From an uncultured candidate division Zixibacteria bacterium (lineage in GTDB: Bacteria > Zixibacteria > MSB-5A5 > UBA10806 > 4484-95): a DNA stretch of 64,000 bases. This document shows positions 28,092 through 37,470 of this stretch, piece by piece (the stretch's first letter is position 1; every line of letters starts with the position of its first letter). The DNA lies in NCBI GenBank assembly GCA_963668625.2, contig CAXXKA010000008.1, positions 1,184,001 to 1,248,000 on the forward strand. Direction: 5' to 3'. The notes beneath the pieces are model-generated. The model was not told the origin of the DNA. It made no database searches and saw only the letters and a list, made by a program, of their open reading frames with translations. Position numbers and translations under genes: made by a program.

Positions 28092-30311
28092 ATGAATAGG
28101 ATAGCAACAATCTTAATTTTAGGATTCATGCTGATAGCATCAACAGCAATGGCTGCAACGATGGTCGTCCCTGATAGCTATGGAACGATTCAAGCGGGCA
28201 TCAATGCTTGTTCCTCGGGTGATACCGTTTTGGTAAATCCCGGCACCTATACCGAAAACCTGTATTACGGTAGCACGGATGTTGTTGTGATAAGTGCTAA
28301 AGGAGCTGACAGCACAACGATTAGCGCCGCTAACAGCAACTACGCTACAGTCAGAATGATCAATGCCACTGGCTCTTTGGTAGAGCTTAATGGATTTACG
28401 GTTACCGGAAGTAATTATGGTGGTATTTACTGTGTTGGCGTTACTGCTATTATCAAAAACAATATCGTTGAAGATAACAGCAGTAGCTATCAGTATAACA
28501 GTGGTGGAATTGATCTTAACCAAACTTATGGGTCAATTATTTCGGGTAATATCATTCGCGAAAACACTGCTCAAACATACGGTTCAGCCATAAACATGAC
28601 TACCTGTAATTATGATACAATTCGCTATAACCTGATCTACGATAATTACGGGAATGACGAAATCTATTGTCGAGGAACTATCGCAGCTATATATAATAAC
28701 ACCATTGATGTTGATAGTACATCCCGACATGGTATTTCAAATACAATCTTTGGCACTATCAATTGCCGGAATAATATTGTCGTGAACGCACCTGACCCAT
28801 ATTACGGTATTTATGGCGGTAACGGTGGTTCGGCAATAGTGGCATATAACCAACTGGATTGTGATAATATGTATGGTGGTGATAGTGTTATCGTTCAAGC
28901 CGGCAATTCCGATTACTCGGCCGGATTCCTGGGAGGAGTTGGCTATGAGGAGGATTATTACGATCTCAGTCCATTCTCCAGCTGTGTAGATACCGGTGAC
29001 CCCGATACTTTCTTCAATGATTTCGACGGCAGCAGGAACGATAGAGGCTGGCGGCCGTGGAATTATAATTTGCCTGTCTTGTTCGTACCCACTCAATATG
29101 CTACCATTCAGGATGCTATAGATGCAGCCGAGGATGAGGAAACAATTGTCGTATTCCCCGGAACATATACCGAAAACATCGATTTCCTCGGTAAAGAGAT
29201 CATCGTATGCAGCGACTCGGGCGCCGATGTCACCACGATCCAAGCATCAACTACTACTCAACCGGTCGTGCGGATAGATTCCAACGAGCCTAAAGGAACC
29301 GAGCTAAATGGTTTTACTATTACCGGCAGCAATTATGGCGGTATTTACTGCTATGGCTCCTCAGCTAGAATCGTTAATAACATTATTGAGGATAACTACA
29401 GCAGTTCGACTAACAATGGTGGCGGTATTGATTTAAATTACACCTCCAGCACATTCATCTCCGGTAATGTTTTCCGTTATGATAGCGCTTATACCTATGG
29501 TTCAGCGATTCATGCGGAATACGCCGAAAATGACACTATCTGCTATAATCTTATTTATAATTGCTGGGGTTACAATGAGATACGCTGTCTGAGATCCAAA
29601 ATTGCGATCTACAACAATACTATTGATGTTGATGGTTCAAGGTTTGGCGGAATATCCAATCAGCTTTCCGATACCATTGACTGCCGGAATAATATCATCG
29701 TTGGGGTGCCTGATGTTTTCGCGGGTGTTTACGCTGTTGGGATTTACGCTGCTAATGGGGGTTATGCAAGAGTGGCCTATAATTGTATATATGATGCTCC
29801 TAATGGAGAAACAGGCGGCGCCGGGATTATCACCGAAACCGGTAATATCACCGGTAATCCGCTATTCTGGGGTATGCCCGCCGATGATCCCGACTACTAC
29901 GATATCCGGCCGTTCTCGCCATGCGTGGATGCCGGTGATACCAACTCGTTCTTCAATGACTCGGATGATTCCAGAAACGATATGGGTTGGAAACCATATT
30001 ACCTGGCTGCGAAAATCGGCCTGCCTCAAACCGACACCCCGATTCCGGAATCTTTCTCCTTACTCAGGAACTATCCTAATCCATTTAACGCCACTACTAC
30101 GATCGAATACAATATCCCCGAGGCCTCAAACGTGGTTTTAGATGTTTACGATATTCTCGGCAGGCATGTCACGCGACTGGTGGACTCTTACCAGAATGCA
30201 GGCCCTCATACCGTAGTTTGGAATGCCGGCAGTGTTACCTCCGGTACATATTTCTACAGAGTGCAGGCGGAGAATTTCGATCAATCAGAGAAGATGTTAC
30301 TGCTCAAATAA
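28092..30311 (+). CDS. Secreted tandem right-handed beta-helix (pectin-lyase-fold) protein with C-terminal sorting domain
   Basis: Signal peptide; two modules VP..Y.TIQ.AI...GTYTEN...GFT.TG...SPCVD.GD...D.SRND.G; NYPNPFNA...KMLLLK. Start ATG 28092 after GGAGGA. Confidence 0.85.
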   Translation: MNRIATILILGFMLIASTAMAATMVVPDSYGTIQAGINACSSGDTVLVNPGTYTENLYYGSTDVVVISAKGADSTTISAANSNYATVRMINATGSLVELNGFTVTGSNYGGIYCVGVTAIIKNNIVEDNSSSYQYNSGGIDLNQTYGSIISGNIIRENTAQTYGSAINMTTCNYDTIRYNLIYDNYGNDEIYCRGTIAAIYNNTIDVDSTSRHGISNTIFGTINCRNNIVVNAPDPYYGIYGGNGGSAIVAYNQLDCDNMYGGDSVIVQAGNSDYSAGFLGGVGYEEDYYDLSPFSSCVDTGDPDTFFNDFDGSRNDRGWRPWNYNLPVLFVPTQYATIQDAIDAAEDEETIVVFPGTYTENIDFLGKEIIVCSDSGADVTTIQASTTTQPVVRIDSNEPKGTELNGFTITGSNYGGIYCYGSSARIVNNIIEDNYSSSTNNGGGIDLNYTSSTFISGNVFRYDSAYTYGSAIHAEYAENDTICYNLIYNCWGYNEIRCLRSKIAIYNNTIDVDGSRFGGISNQLSDTIDCRNNIIVGVPDVFAGVYAVGIYAANGGYARVAYNCIYDAPNGETGGAGIITETGNITGNPLFWGMPADDPDYYDIRPFSPCVDAGDTNSFFNDSDDSRNDMGWKPYYLAAKIGLPQTDTPIPESFSLLRNYPNPFNATTTIEYNIPEASNVVLDVYDILGRHVTRLVDSYQNAGPHTVVWNAGSVTSGTYFYRVQAENFDQSEKMLLLK

Positions 30312-30344
30312 TCAACTACTACCGAACAGACTGATTCTGTTGTC

Positions 30345-30372
30345 AAAGCGGGCCCGAATGGGCTCGCTTTTA
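30345..30372. terminator. Bidirectional terminator
   Basis: AAAGCGGGCCC-GAAT-GGGCTCGCTTTT between convergent genes. Confidence 0.75.
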
Positions 30373-30657
30373 TTATTTAAGCATCAAATCCACAACAGTC
30401 GCGCCCCAGTTTCCGCCACTGCCTTCCTCGTGACGATAGGAGACTACGGCGGGGTGCTTGTCCAGAATACTATGGACAATTCGCCTCAAGGTACCGGTGC
30501 CTTTGCCATGAATAATCCTAATTCTGAAAAGCCCGTGTTCCAGGCAAGCCTCTATATAGTCAGGCACCAGGCTTTTTATTTCTCCGGGATGGAACGTGTG
30601 TAAATCGAGAGTGCCGTTTATCGGGTAGTCAACAGGGTTGTTGTCATCGCTATGCAT
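30373..30657 (-). CDS. Stand-alone Smr (MutS2 C-terminal) domain protein
   Basis: PI.GTLDLHTF, RIIHGKGTGTLR, GNWGATVV. Confidence 0.92.
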   Translation of the reverse strand: MHSDDNNPVDYPINGTLDLHTFHPGEIKSLVPDYIEACLEHGLFRIRIIHGKGTGTLRRIVHSILDKHPAVVSYRHEEGSGGNWGATVVDLMLK

Positions 30658-30693
30658 GGTACGATATTAAGTTATTAGTATGATTTACGCAAT

Positions 30694-30723
30694 AAAATTA
30701 ACCCCCATCATTCGACGGGGGTT
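30694..30723 (-). terminator. Terminator of the small-protein gene
   Basis: Hairpin AACCCCC...GGGGGTT; on the minus strand it is followed by AATTTT. Confidence 0.6.
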
Positions 30724-30757
30724 GAGTTGGGACTGCGGGAATTACTTAAGAGAAATT

Positions 30758-30919
30758 TTATTTATTTTCGGGATTATCTTTGTTGTCAAACGGATTGTCT
30801 TTCCAGGGATCGTACTTAGTCGGATCATCCTCACCGCTTAATGACCACGACTCGTTCATTGCTTGCTCTTCGGCTTTTCTATTCTTCTCTATCAAATAAT
30901 CAATAAACCTGTTTTTCAT
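30758..30919 (-). CDS. Small hypothetical protein (53 aa), below the ORF-track cutoff
   Basis: AGGAGAGG RBS, ATG 30919, MKNRFIDYLIEKNRKAEEQAMNESWSLSGEDDPTKYDPWKDNPFDNKDNPENK*, followed by a terminator. Confidence 0.6.
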   Translation of the reverse strand: MKNRFIDYLIEKNRKAEEQAMNESWSLSGEDDPTKYDPWKDNPFDNKDNPENK

Positions 30920-30969
30920 TTACCTCTCCTTTTTTACTATACTACTATTCAAAAATGAGACCAATACTG

Positions 30970-31225
30970 TTATAAACATGAAAAAAATAGGTTAATAACT
31001 TAAAAGACAACAACTTGGTTGAAACAATTGTGGAATAGCTGTATTTTATCCACAGTGTCAAAATCGGCGGAGTATAACTTTTGCGACACATATTTGTTAA
31101 TATCATGAATAGTATTGCACTATATTCCATCGCCATAGAGCCAAATTGTTAAGTAATTATTACATTTAAGTATTTATTTAAAAATCGACCTTATTGATGA
31201 TTTATAGATTTATAGATTTATTTTT
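30970..31225. promoter_or_regulatory. DnaA-box cluster with AT-rich repeats (candidate oriC or DnaA-binding locus)
   Basis: Perfect TTATCCACA at 31046-31054; inverted 1-mismatch box TGTGGAATA at 31029-31037; TTATAAACA at 30970-30978; GATTTATA tandem near 31199-31220. Confidence 0.4.
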
Positions 31226-31571
31226 ACGGAAAATTGAATTTTACTTGCTATTTGATCAAGATATTAATAGAATTTTACAATTATATGGCCTGTCTCATGA
31301 TGTTGGATGCATGAGCAGGGGGAATGTCGGAAGAGAGCATTGTAAGAAAGTTGACCTTTATACCGAACAATTTCTAATAGTTTTAAGTATTATATTAGCT
31401 GGAGATTAAATCGGGAAACGAAGGATAAATATATTAGTTCATTTAAGGGAAAGAAAGGAGGTCTGAATAGATAGTTGGCTATTGAACTGGCAAATTATAA
31501 CATTCATATCCGGTAAGCCAATATAAGTTGTATTTTTACTTTTTTGAGAAATTATTAAGGAGATGTCGTTG

Positions 31572-32165
31572 ATGAGTGAATTCGTTTATAGAAACGGTAA
31601 TAATCGCAATAAAAATGAACGAGTGATGATTTTTATAGATGGCAACAATCTTTATCACAGTTTGAAGCATGTGATAGGACGTACCAATCTTGAGTTTGAA
31701 AAGTTTTCATCAAGGTTATCCGGCGATAGACATCTTATTAGGACCTACTACTATAACGCGCCGCTTAATAGAGAAGATGATGATGAAAAGCATCGCCAGC
31801 AACAGTCGTTTTTCGATTCGTTGGATTCGGTGCCGTATCTGACTAAACGGTTTGGCCGTCTGGAAAAACGCGTAGTTCGTCATACTATGCCGGATGGCAC
31901 GTTCGTATCCACCCCGACTTATGTCGAGAAAGGTGTCGATACGCATATCGTTATAGATATGTTGACATTCGCGTTTAAAGATACCTATGACACCGCCATT
32001 ATCGTTTCCGGTGATGAGGATTTCGTTACTGCCGTGGAACGGGTGAAAGAGTTAGGCAAACATGTCGAGGTAGCCAACCTCGGCGGATCATACCTTCTGC
32101 GTCAAGCCGCCGATAAGTATATCTTAATTGACGGCGATTTTTTGGAGGGAATACAACAGGTTTAA
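31572..32165 (+). CDS. NYN domain (LabA/DUF88, PIN-like) protein
   Basis: IFIDGNNLY, YYY, EKGVD, SGDEDF, GKHVEV, L...AD. Start ATG 31572 fits the AAGGAG spacing (track: 31563). Confidence 0.9.
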   Translation: MSEFVYRNGNNRNKNERVMIFIDGNNLYHSLKHVIGRTNLEFEKFSSRLSGDRHLIRTYYYNAPLNREDDDEKHRQQQSFFDSLDSVPYLTKRFGRLEKRVVRHTMPDGTFVSTPTYVEKGVDTHIVIDMLTFAFKDTYDTAIIVSGDEDFVTAVERVKELGKHVEVANLGGSYLLRQAADKYILIDGDFLEGIQQV

Positions 32166-32191
32166 AGGTATTGGTTTTGAGAAACTTTTTC

Positions 32192-32226
32192 GGGCCTGCT
32201 GATAATGCTAATCAGTGGGCTTTTTC
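32192..32226 (+). terminator. Intrinsic terminator after the NYN gene
   Basis: GGGCCTGCTGAT...ATCAGTGGGCT followed by a T-run. Confidence 0.6.
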
Positions 32227-32397
32227 TTTGAATAAAGCCGGCGAACTTTGCTAACTGTGTTAACCTTGTAATAGTATTCCAAATAATAAAACAGCAATCG
32301 CAAAGGTTGCATACCAGTAACTTATTTTTAGATTGACAATAGCCCTATTACTGATATTTTTCAAGCGATCTAAAGACTGTATTTCAGGAGACTGAGG

Positions 32398-33045
32398 ATG
32401 AAATACTTGATATTGTTGATAGTCTCGATAATGATGCTGGTTTGCACTAGTCAATCGTACGCCGGGGGCACCCAACATTGGAACGATACTATAATCCGGG
32501 CGGGAATCAATCCTCGCTGGGAGGCCGAGATTTATGAACGCTCCCGTTGGAGAAATATCGCTTTCGATGAGACATTTCAGAATTGCCTGCAACTGGGGGC
32601 CAGATATAAATTCAGCGCTAAATTCAACTTATTAGCGGGTTATCGATACGATATCCAGGATCGGGGAGGTTATTACGAGTTCGAGAATCGTTTTTTGCTG
32701 AATTTCAGTTACTCGTTGCCCCTGTTATATAATATCATGCCGAAATTATCCCAGAGAACGGAGTTACGATATTTTACACGCGCCTCGGAGGATCATATCA
32801 GGCTGAGGGGCAAGCTGGAGTTGAGCCGGAAACTAGCCGTGCTCGGTCACAAGATCATGCCATACTTAGCTTATGAGATATTCTGGGATGATGATGCCAG
32901 AGAGCTAAATCGCCAGAGGCTTTACGCCGGGATTACCGGTCCCATATGCGACAAGTTCTCGATCCGTATAACCTGGATTAGGCAATTTGACAAGGACAGG
33001 GATAATCTCGATATACTTAACAGCGGGCTGAATATGTATTTCTAA
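32398..33045 (+). CDS. Outer-membrane beta-barrel protein (DUF2490-like)
   Basis: Signal peptide, ENR, R.ELR, R.R.K, PY..YEIF, R.Y.G, C-terminal aromatic (MYF). Confidence 0.7.
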   Translation: MKYLILLIVSIMMLVCTSQSYAGGTQHWNDTIIRAGINPRWEAEIYERSRWRNIAFDETFQNCLQLGARYKFSAKFNLLAGYRYDIQDRGGYYEFENRFLLNFSYSLPLLYNIMPKLSQRTELRYFTRASEDHIRLRGKLELSRKLAVLGHKIMPYLAYEIFWDDDARELNRQRLYAGITGPICDKFSIRITWIRQFDKDRDNLDILNSGLNMYF

Positions 33046-33128
33046 TCCATGACACGAGGGTTCGATTTTCAGGCTGTTAAAGACGATTATTTTTGTCGAA
33101 TTATCTCTGATTTTTACTGTACTAACAC

Positions 33129-33157
33129 TTGACACGCCTGAGCAAGTAACCTATATT
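33129..33157 (+). promoter_or_regulatory. Sigma70-type promoter of the ferredoxin gene
   Basis: TTGACA-17 bp-TATATT. Confidence 0.6.
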
Positions 33158-33235
33158 CGCCACCAATGAGGATGTTATTTATACCTGCTTACGAGGCAGG
33201 TATAAGACTTATAGGTCAACTTAGGAGGAATGAAA

Positions 33236-33424
33236 ATGAAGGTTGAAATCGATCTCGATCTTTGCAGTGGCGATGGCATCTGTGCCGATCTTTGCCCGGA
33301 AGTTTTCGAAATGGACGGCGACAAAGCCAAGGTTATCGTAGCTGAGGTTCCCGAGGATGCCGAAGAGGCTTGCCGCGACGCCGCTGATAGCTGTCCCGAG
33401 GGTTGCATCAACATTATCGAATAA
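33236..33424 (+). CDS. Monocluster ferredoxin (Cys-x-x-Asp-x-x-Cys ... Cys-Pro)
   Basis: MKVEIDLDLCSGDGICADLCPEVFEM...AADSCPEGCI; AGGAGG RBS favours ATG 33236. Confidence 0.92.
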   Translation: MKVEIDLDLCSGDGICADLCPEVFEMDGDKAKVIVAEVPEDAEEACRDAADSCPEGCINIIE

Positions 33425-33450
33425 CCCTTCCGTAGTTGTAATAAGAATTC

Positions 33451-33482
33451 AAGCCGAGGTTAGCCGCTTCGGCTTTTTTTTT
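33451..33482 (+). terminator. Intrinsic terminator after ferredoxin
   Basis: AAGCCGAGG-TTAGCCG-CTTCGGCTT followed by a long T-run. Confidence 0.85.
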
Positions 33483-33515
33483 ACTCTTTTAAAAATAGCT
33501 GTCATTTCCACGAAA

Positions 33516-33640
33516 GAGCTTGTTGAAAAAGTTCTTATCGGGTAGTTGCTGTTTCAAGAATCATTTCCCGGCGATATACCGTATGAATACATCAGGAAGG
33601 AAAAGATTCCCTCCTGCTCCGTGAGTTTTTCAACAATCCC
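33516..33640. mobile_element. 125-bp MITE-like element with 15-bp TIRs and GAAA target duplication
   Basis: Left GAGCTTGTTGAAAAA, right TTTTTCAACAATCCC (13/15 inverted match); GAAA directly on both sides (33512-33515 and 33641-33644). Confidence 0.7.
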
Positions 33641-33789
33641 GAAAACGGGAATTCCATTATAACACCGCCGAGGCCAATCAACGAGATCCCCATTTTCGTG
33701 GGGATGATAAAACTTGCCGGCATAAGCCACTTACACCCGACTCATCAATTACTCCTATAAATCTATTGATCGTTAACCATATTTTATCA

Positions 33790-34040
33790 CTAGTGTCCGG
33801 TCTTTTCATCTCGTTGCGAAGCGCTGCTTCGCAACGTGGCTTGTTTGCCGGCAGAATGTGCATTCTACATGATTCAAGAAGGTTTCCAAGCAGCGCTTGG
33901 AAACCAGAAAACCAAGCCCAACATCGGCAGGATATGTCAGGATGAATGATACGCTGAATAAAATAATTATATCGGAAAATATTTTTCATTAACAATTCCA
34001 AGGAGAAATTTAAAATTTAACGAAAAACACCGGACACTAG
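33790..34040. mobile_element. MITE-like element bounded by CTAG-TGTCCGGT ... ACCGGACA-CTAG, containing a palindrome pair
   Basis: Perfect 17-bp inverted repeat TATCACTAGTGTCCGGT (33785-33801) / ACCGGACACTAGTGATA (34029-34045); internal hairpins at 33812-33836 and 33881-33905. Confidence 0.65.
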
Positions 34041-34104
34041 TGATATTTTATATATGATTTTGTTTCAAGACCAATACACGAGCCATTTTGACCGGAGGTA
34101 GATA

Positions 34105-35526
34105 ATGACTACACCATCAACGTTAACCATATCATTTATTGTCTATACGGTAGGAATAGTATTAGTTGGGCTATACACGGCTAAATATGCCTCGCGATCG
34201 ACCTCGGATTACCTTCTGGCCGGGAAAGGACTGGGCGCCTGGGTAACAGCTCTCTCGGCCTCGGCCTCCTCCGAATCCGGTTGGGTTACCCTGGGATTAG
34301 TCGGCACGGCATTCAACGAGGGCCTGGCGGCAATCTGGGTTGCCCCGGGATGCCTTCTGGGATATGTGTTTAACTGGTGGTTCATGGCCGGGCCGATACA
34401 GAAATACGCAGCCGATAAGGAAATTTACACCGTACCCGATATGATGGCCTCGCTATTTAAGGAGAAAGCTCTGGCTATTAGATGGATATCGGTGATTGTC
34501 ATATTCTTTATGATGACTGCTTATGTGGCCGCCCAGTTTAACGCCGCCGGCAAGGCGTTCGAGGCGGTTTTCCATATTAAATACGAGCTGGGCGTATTAA
34601 TCGGTGTACTAATCGTTGTTATATACACTGTCTCCGGCGGATTCCGGGCAGTTGCCTGGACTGATTTCGTGCAGGGTTTGCTGATGTGGCTGGCGCTGGT
34701 AATTCTGCCGTTACTGGTTATCTCGCACGCCGGGGGATTCTCGGAGATGTTTACCAAACTCGAGGCAATCGATTCGGGGCTGGTGAATATCACCAGCAAG
34801 AAAGTCGGTTTCGCGGCACTGGGGCTGATAATCGGCTGGCTGGGGATCGGCTTAGGCTATCCCGGTCAACCGCATGTGCTATTAAGATTCATGGCAACCC
34901 GCGATATGAAAGCTATCAAGCGAGGCCGGATTATTGCGATGGGCTGGGGGATATTCGTATTCACCGGAGCCGTATTTTTAGGACTGGCGACCCGGGTGGT
35001 TTTCGGCACGTTAGCTGATGCCGAGCAGGCGCTGCCTATAATCGCGATTCAGCTTTTACCGGGCGTTATTGCCGGTTTGATGCTGGCGGCCGTGTTAGCG
35101 GCGATATGCTCCACCGCCGACAGCCAGCTTCTGGTGGCATCATCCTCGGTCTCTCATGATTTGTACGCCCGTCTGACCGGCCAGGATCTCGACAGCAAGC
35201 ATGTTATTAATGTCGATAGAATCGCCGTTGCTGTTTTAGGCTTGTTGGCGATGGTGCTGGCATTAACCGCCAACAGGATGATTTTCTCGTTCGTGCTTTA
35301 TGCCTGGGCCGGGCTTGGGGCGGCATTCGCGCCACCTCTGATACTGGGGCTGTTGTGGAGGAAAGCAACCGGCTCGGGAGCAATTGCCGGTATGATAGTC
35401 GGTTTCGTGACAGTAGTGGTCTGGAAGAACATACCGGCGCTTTCAGGGGCGCTTTATGAACTGGTGCCGGCGTTTATATTATCGATGCTGGCAGTGTGGA
35501 TTGTGAGTTTGTTTACGAGGAAGTAA
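34105..35526 (+). CDS. putP: Sodium/proline symporter-like SSS transporter
   Basis: DYLLAGKGLGAWVTALSASASSESGW, GGFRAVAWTD, GLGYPGQPHVLLRFMA, STADSQLL, AWAGLGAAF. Confidence 0.85.
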   Translation: MTTPSTLTISFIVYTVGIVLVGLYTAKYASRSTSDYLLAGKGLGAWVTALSASASSESGWVTLGLVGTAFNEGLAAIWVAPGCLLGYVFNWWFMAGPIQKYAADKEIYTVPDMMASLFKEKALAIRWISVIVIFFMMTAYVAAQFNAAGKAFEAVFHIKYELGVLIGVLIVVIYTVSGGFRAVAWTDFVQGLLMWLALVILPLLVISHAGGFSEMFTKLEAIDSGLVNITSKKVGFAALGLIIGWLGIGLGYPGQPHVLLRFMATRDMKAIKRGRIIAMGWGIFVFTGAVFLGLATRVVFGTLADAEQALPIIAIQLLPGVIAGLMLAAVLAAICSTADSQLLVASSSVSHDLYARLTGQDLDSKHVINVDRIAVAVLGLLAMVLALTANRMIFSFVLYAWAGLGAAFAPPLILGLLWRKATGSGAIAGMIVGFVTVVVWKNIPALSGALYELVPAFILSMLAVWIVSLFTRK

Positions 35527-35662
35527 ATAAACAATATTTTCCTTAATCAATTCTAATTATAAGCTAACTTTCCTTTTAATACTGTGTGTTATATTTACCA
35601 TATTGTTAATTAATGAGCTATTACATAGGATTTTATATTAATTTTTTTTATGTGGAGGTGCT

Positions 35663-37470
35663 ATGCCTGGATTAAGTATTTATTATACGAAAAACTCAAG
35701 AGATAATGAGCAACTCAAAAGAATCGATTCTGCTAACACATTAATGAGGATAAGGGATGATTATACTACTAAACGAATTATAATTAATCATACTATCACG
35801 GTAGATTTTACAGCATATCCCCAATATCCACGTTCAGTCATAGATAGTAGTGAATATTTAATTTTAATCGAAGGATGTATTTATAATAAACAAGTAAATA
35901 TAACCGAATATGAATTAACAGAAATTGCCTCGAAATTCTTTACTCAGGATAGTAATCTTGCTGAGAAAAAAATCACTGATTGGGTTTTGAACACGCATGG
36001 AGATTTTCTAATCCTATTGCTCGAAAAGCAAACCGGTGATTTTGTTTTATTCAATGATTGTCTGGGACATCTGCCGTTGTTTTATTTCCAATCAGACGAA
36101 TACCTTTTGATCTCCAGAGAACCAAAATTTATAATAAGCGCATTGAACCACAAACAATCGGATACTATGGGGATAGCAGAGTATCTTCTGTTCACATATA
36201 ATTTAAAGCACAGGTCGACCATAAAAGGAATTCACAGGCTTCAACCGGTGAGTATGATAGCTTATAAAGATAACTCGCCTGCTTTAAAGACGTTGTATGA
36301 ATGGGAATTCGGTAAGTCGCAGGATGATTCGATTAAAGTAAGCGAGTATGGTAAGGAGTTTGCCGGGTTGTTCCAGGAGTCAATTCGAAATTGCTCATCG
36401 GCTTTAAGCGATCATTACCCGATAGTGGCATTGAGCGGCGGACTGGATTCTCGTGCTATTTATTTCGGATTGAGCAATTCGGGTGTAAAGTTTTCATCCT
36501 ACACCTCTTCGAATAGCGCTAAGAGTAATCAACCGGATATTGATGTGGCTCATCAAATAGCTGATAAAGTGCCTGCAGATTGGCGACTGTATGAGTTTGG
36601 CTCTATCACTCTCGATGACTATAAGGAAGTGGCTTATAACCAGGAGATCGGAAGTTCTATAATAATGGCTTTAGCATGTGAGGGCTACAGACTGCTTAAC
36701 AATGATTTCGGACATCAGATAAGCTTTTATACCGGTGATGGCGGGAACCAGATACTCCACCCGATAACCACTGACAGAAAATTTGCTAATCTGGATGAAT
36801 TAACGGAATACATGATTAACACCAGTCGAGTCTTTGCTGTTGAGGATATATGTGATTTAACTGGTATTAAAAAGGATGATATATATCAGAATGTTTTCGA
36901 TGTTTTCGATTCGTATCCCGAAACCGATCTGAAATGGAAATATGCCCATTTTAGGACATTTGGTCGAGCATTCAGATTCGTTATGGAGGGGGAGGACAGG
37001 AGTCGGTTTCATTACTGTGTTGGTAGCTCCATTGTGGAACCAATCACTTTTAAAAGTTTCGATGAGTATCCCTGAATCTTATAAACAAAGCCTGATTTTA
37101 TACCGTGAATTCTTCCGCCACCTGGATAAAAGGACACTTGATTTTAAGTATGCTAACACAGGGTACAAACTCGATTCTCCTCTTTCTTTTCTATATGGCA
37201 AGTTGAAATCACTCGCAAAATCTCAACAATGGCTATTTCATTTCGCTAAAAGAGTCATGTTGCGTAATAATTTTGCTCCATTCAACGATCCTGTTTTGTG
37301 ATGGATATATGGATAATGTTATAACCTCCTCTAATACTCTGGGAGATCATATTAATTTGAACTGCCTTGAGCGACTTACAAGCCAGAAATTAAACCGGAT
37401 TCAGTATTACCTGATATATTCTATTATTTTACGTTATTCACTCGTAGAGAATGATTTTACATTCGTATGA
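35663..37470 (+). pseudogene. Asparagine synthetase-like (AsnB/ATP-pyrophosphatase) gene split by two +1 frameshifts (pseudogene or sequencing error)
   Basis: ND.LG.LPLFY, SRE.K, LSGGLDSR, TGDGG. Three overlapping ORFs (35663-37075, 36942-37301, 37273-37470) join if one base is removed near 37018 and one in the T4 run at 37294-37297, giving about 601 aa. Confidence 0.7.

Noticed and set aside
30945-31409. ORFs 30945-31136 and 31194-31409 in the AT-rich gap
   Set aside because: No convincing RBS and composition typical of translated non-coding AT-rich DNA; better explained as regulatory or origin sequence.
33678-34001. 107-aa minus-strand ORF as a transposase of the CTAG-bounded element
   Set aside because: It crosses the element boundary, runs through palindromes and has no DDE or HUH motif.
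35663-37470. Lasso-peptide biosynthetic cluster
   Set aside because: No adjacent B1/B2 (PqqD-like or leader peptidase) genes and no precursor with a lasso leader motif. The transglutaminase gene is about 23 kb away and secreted.
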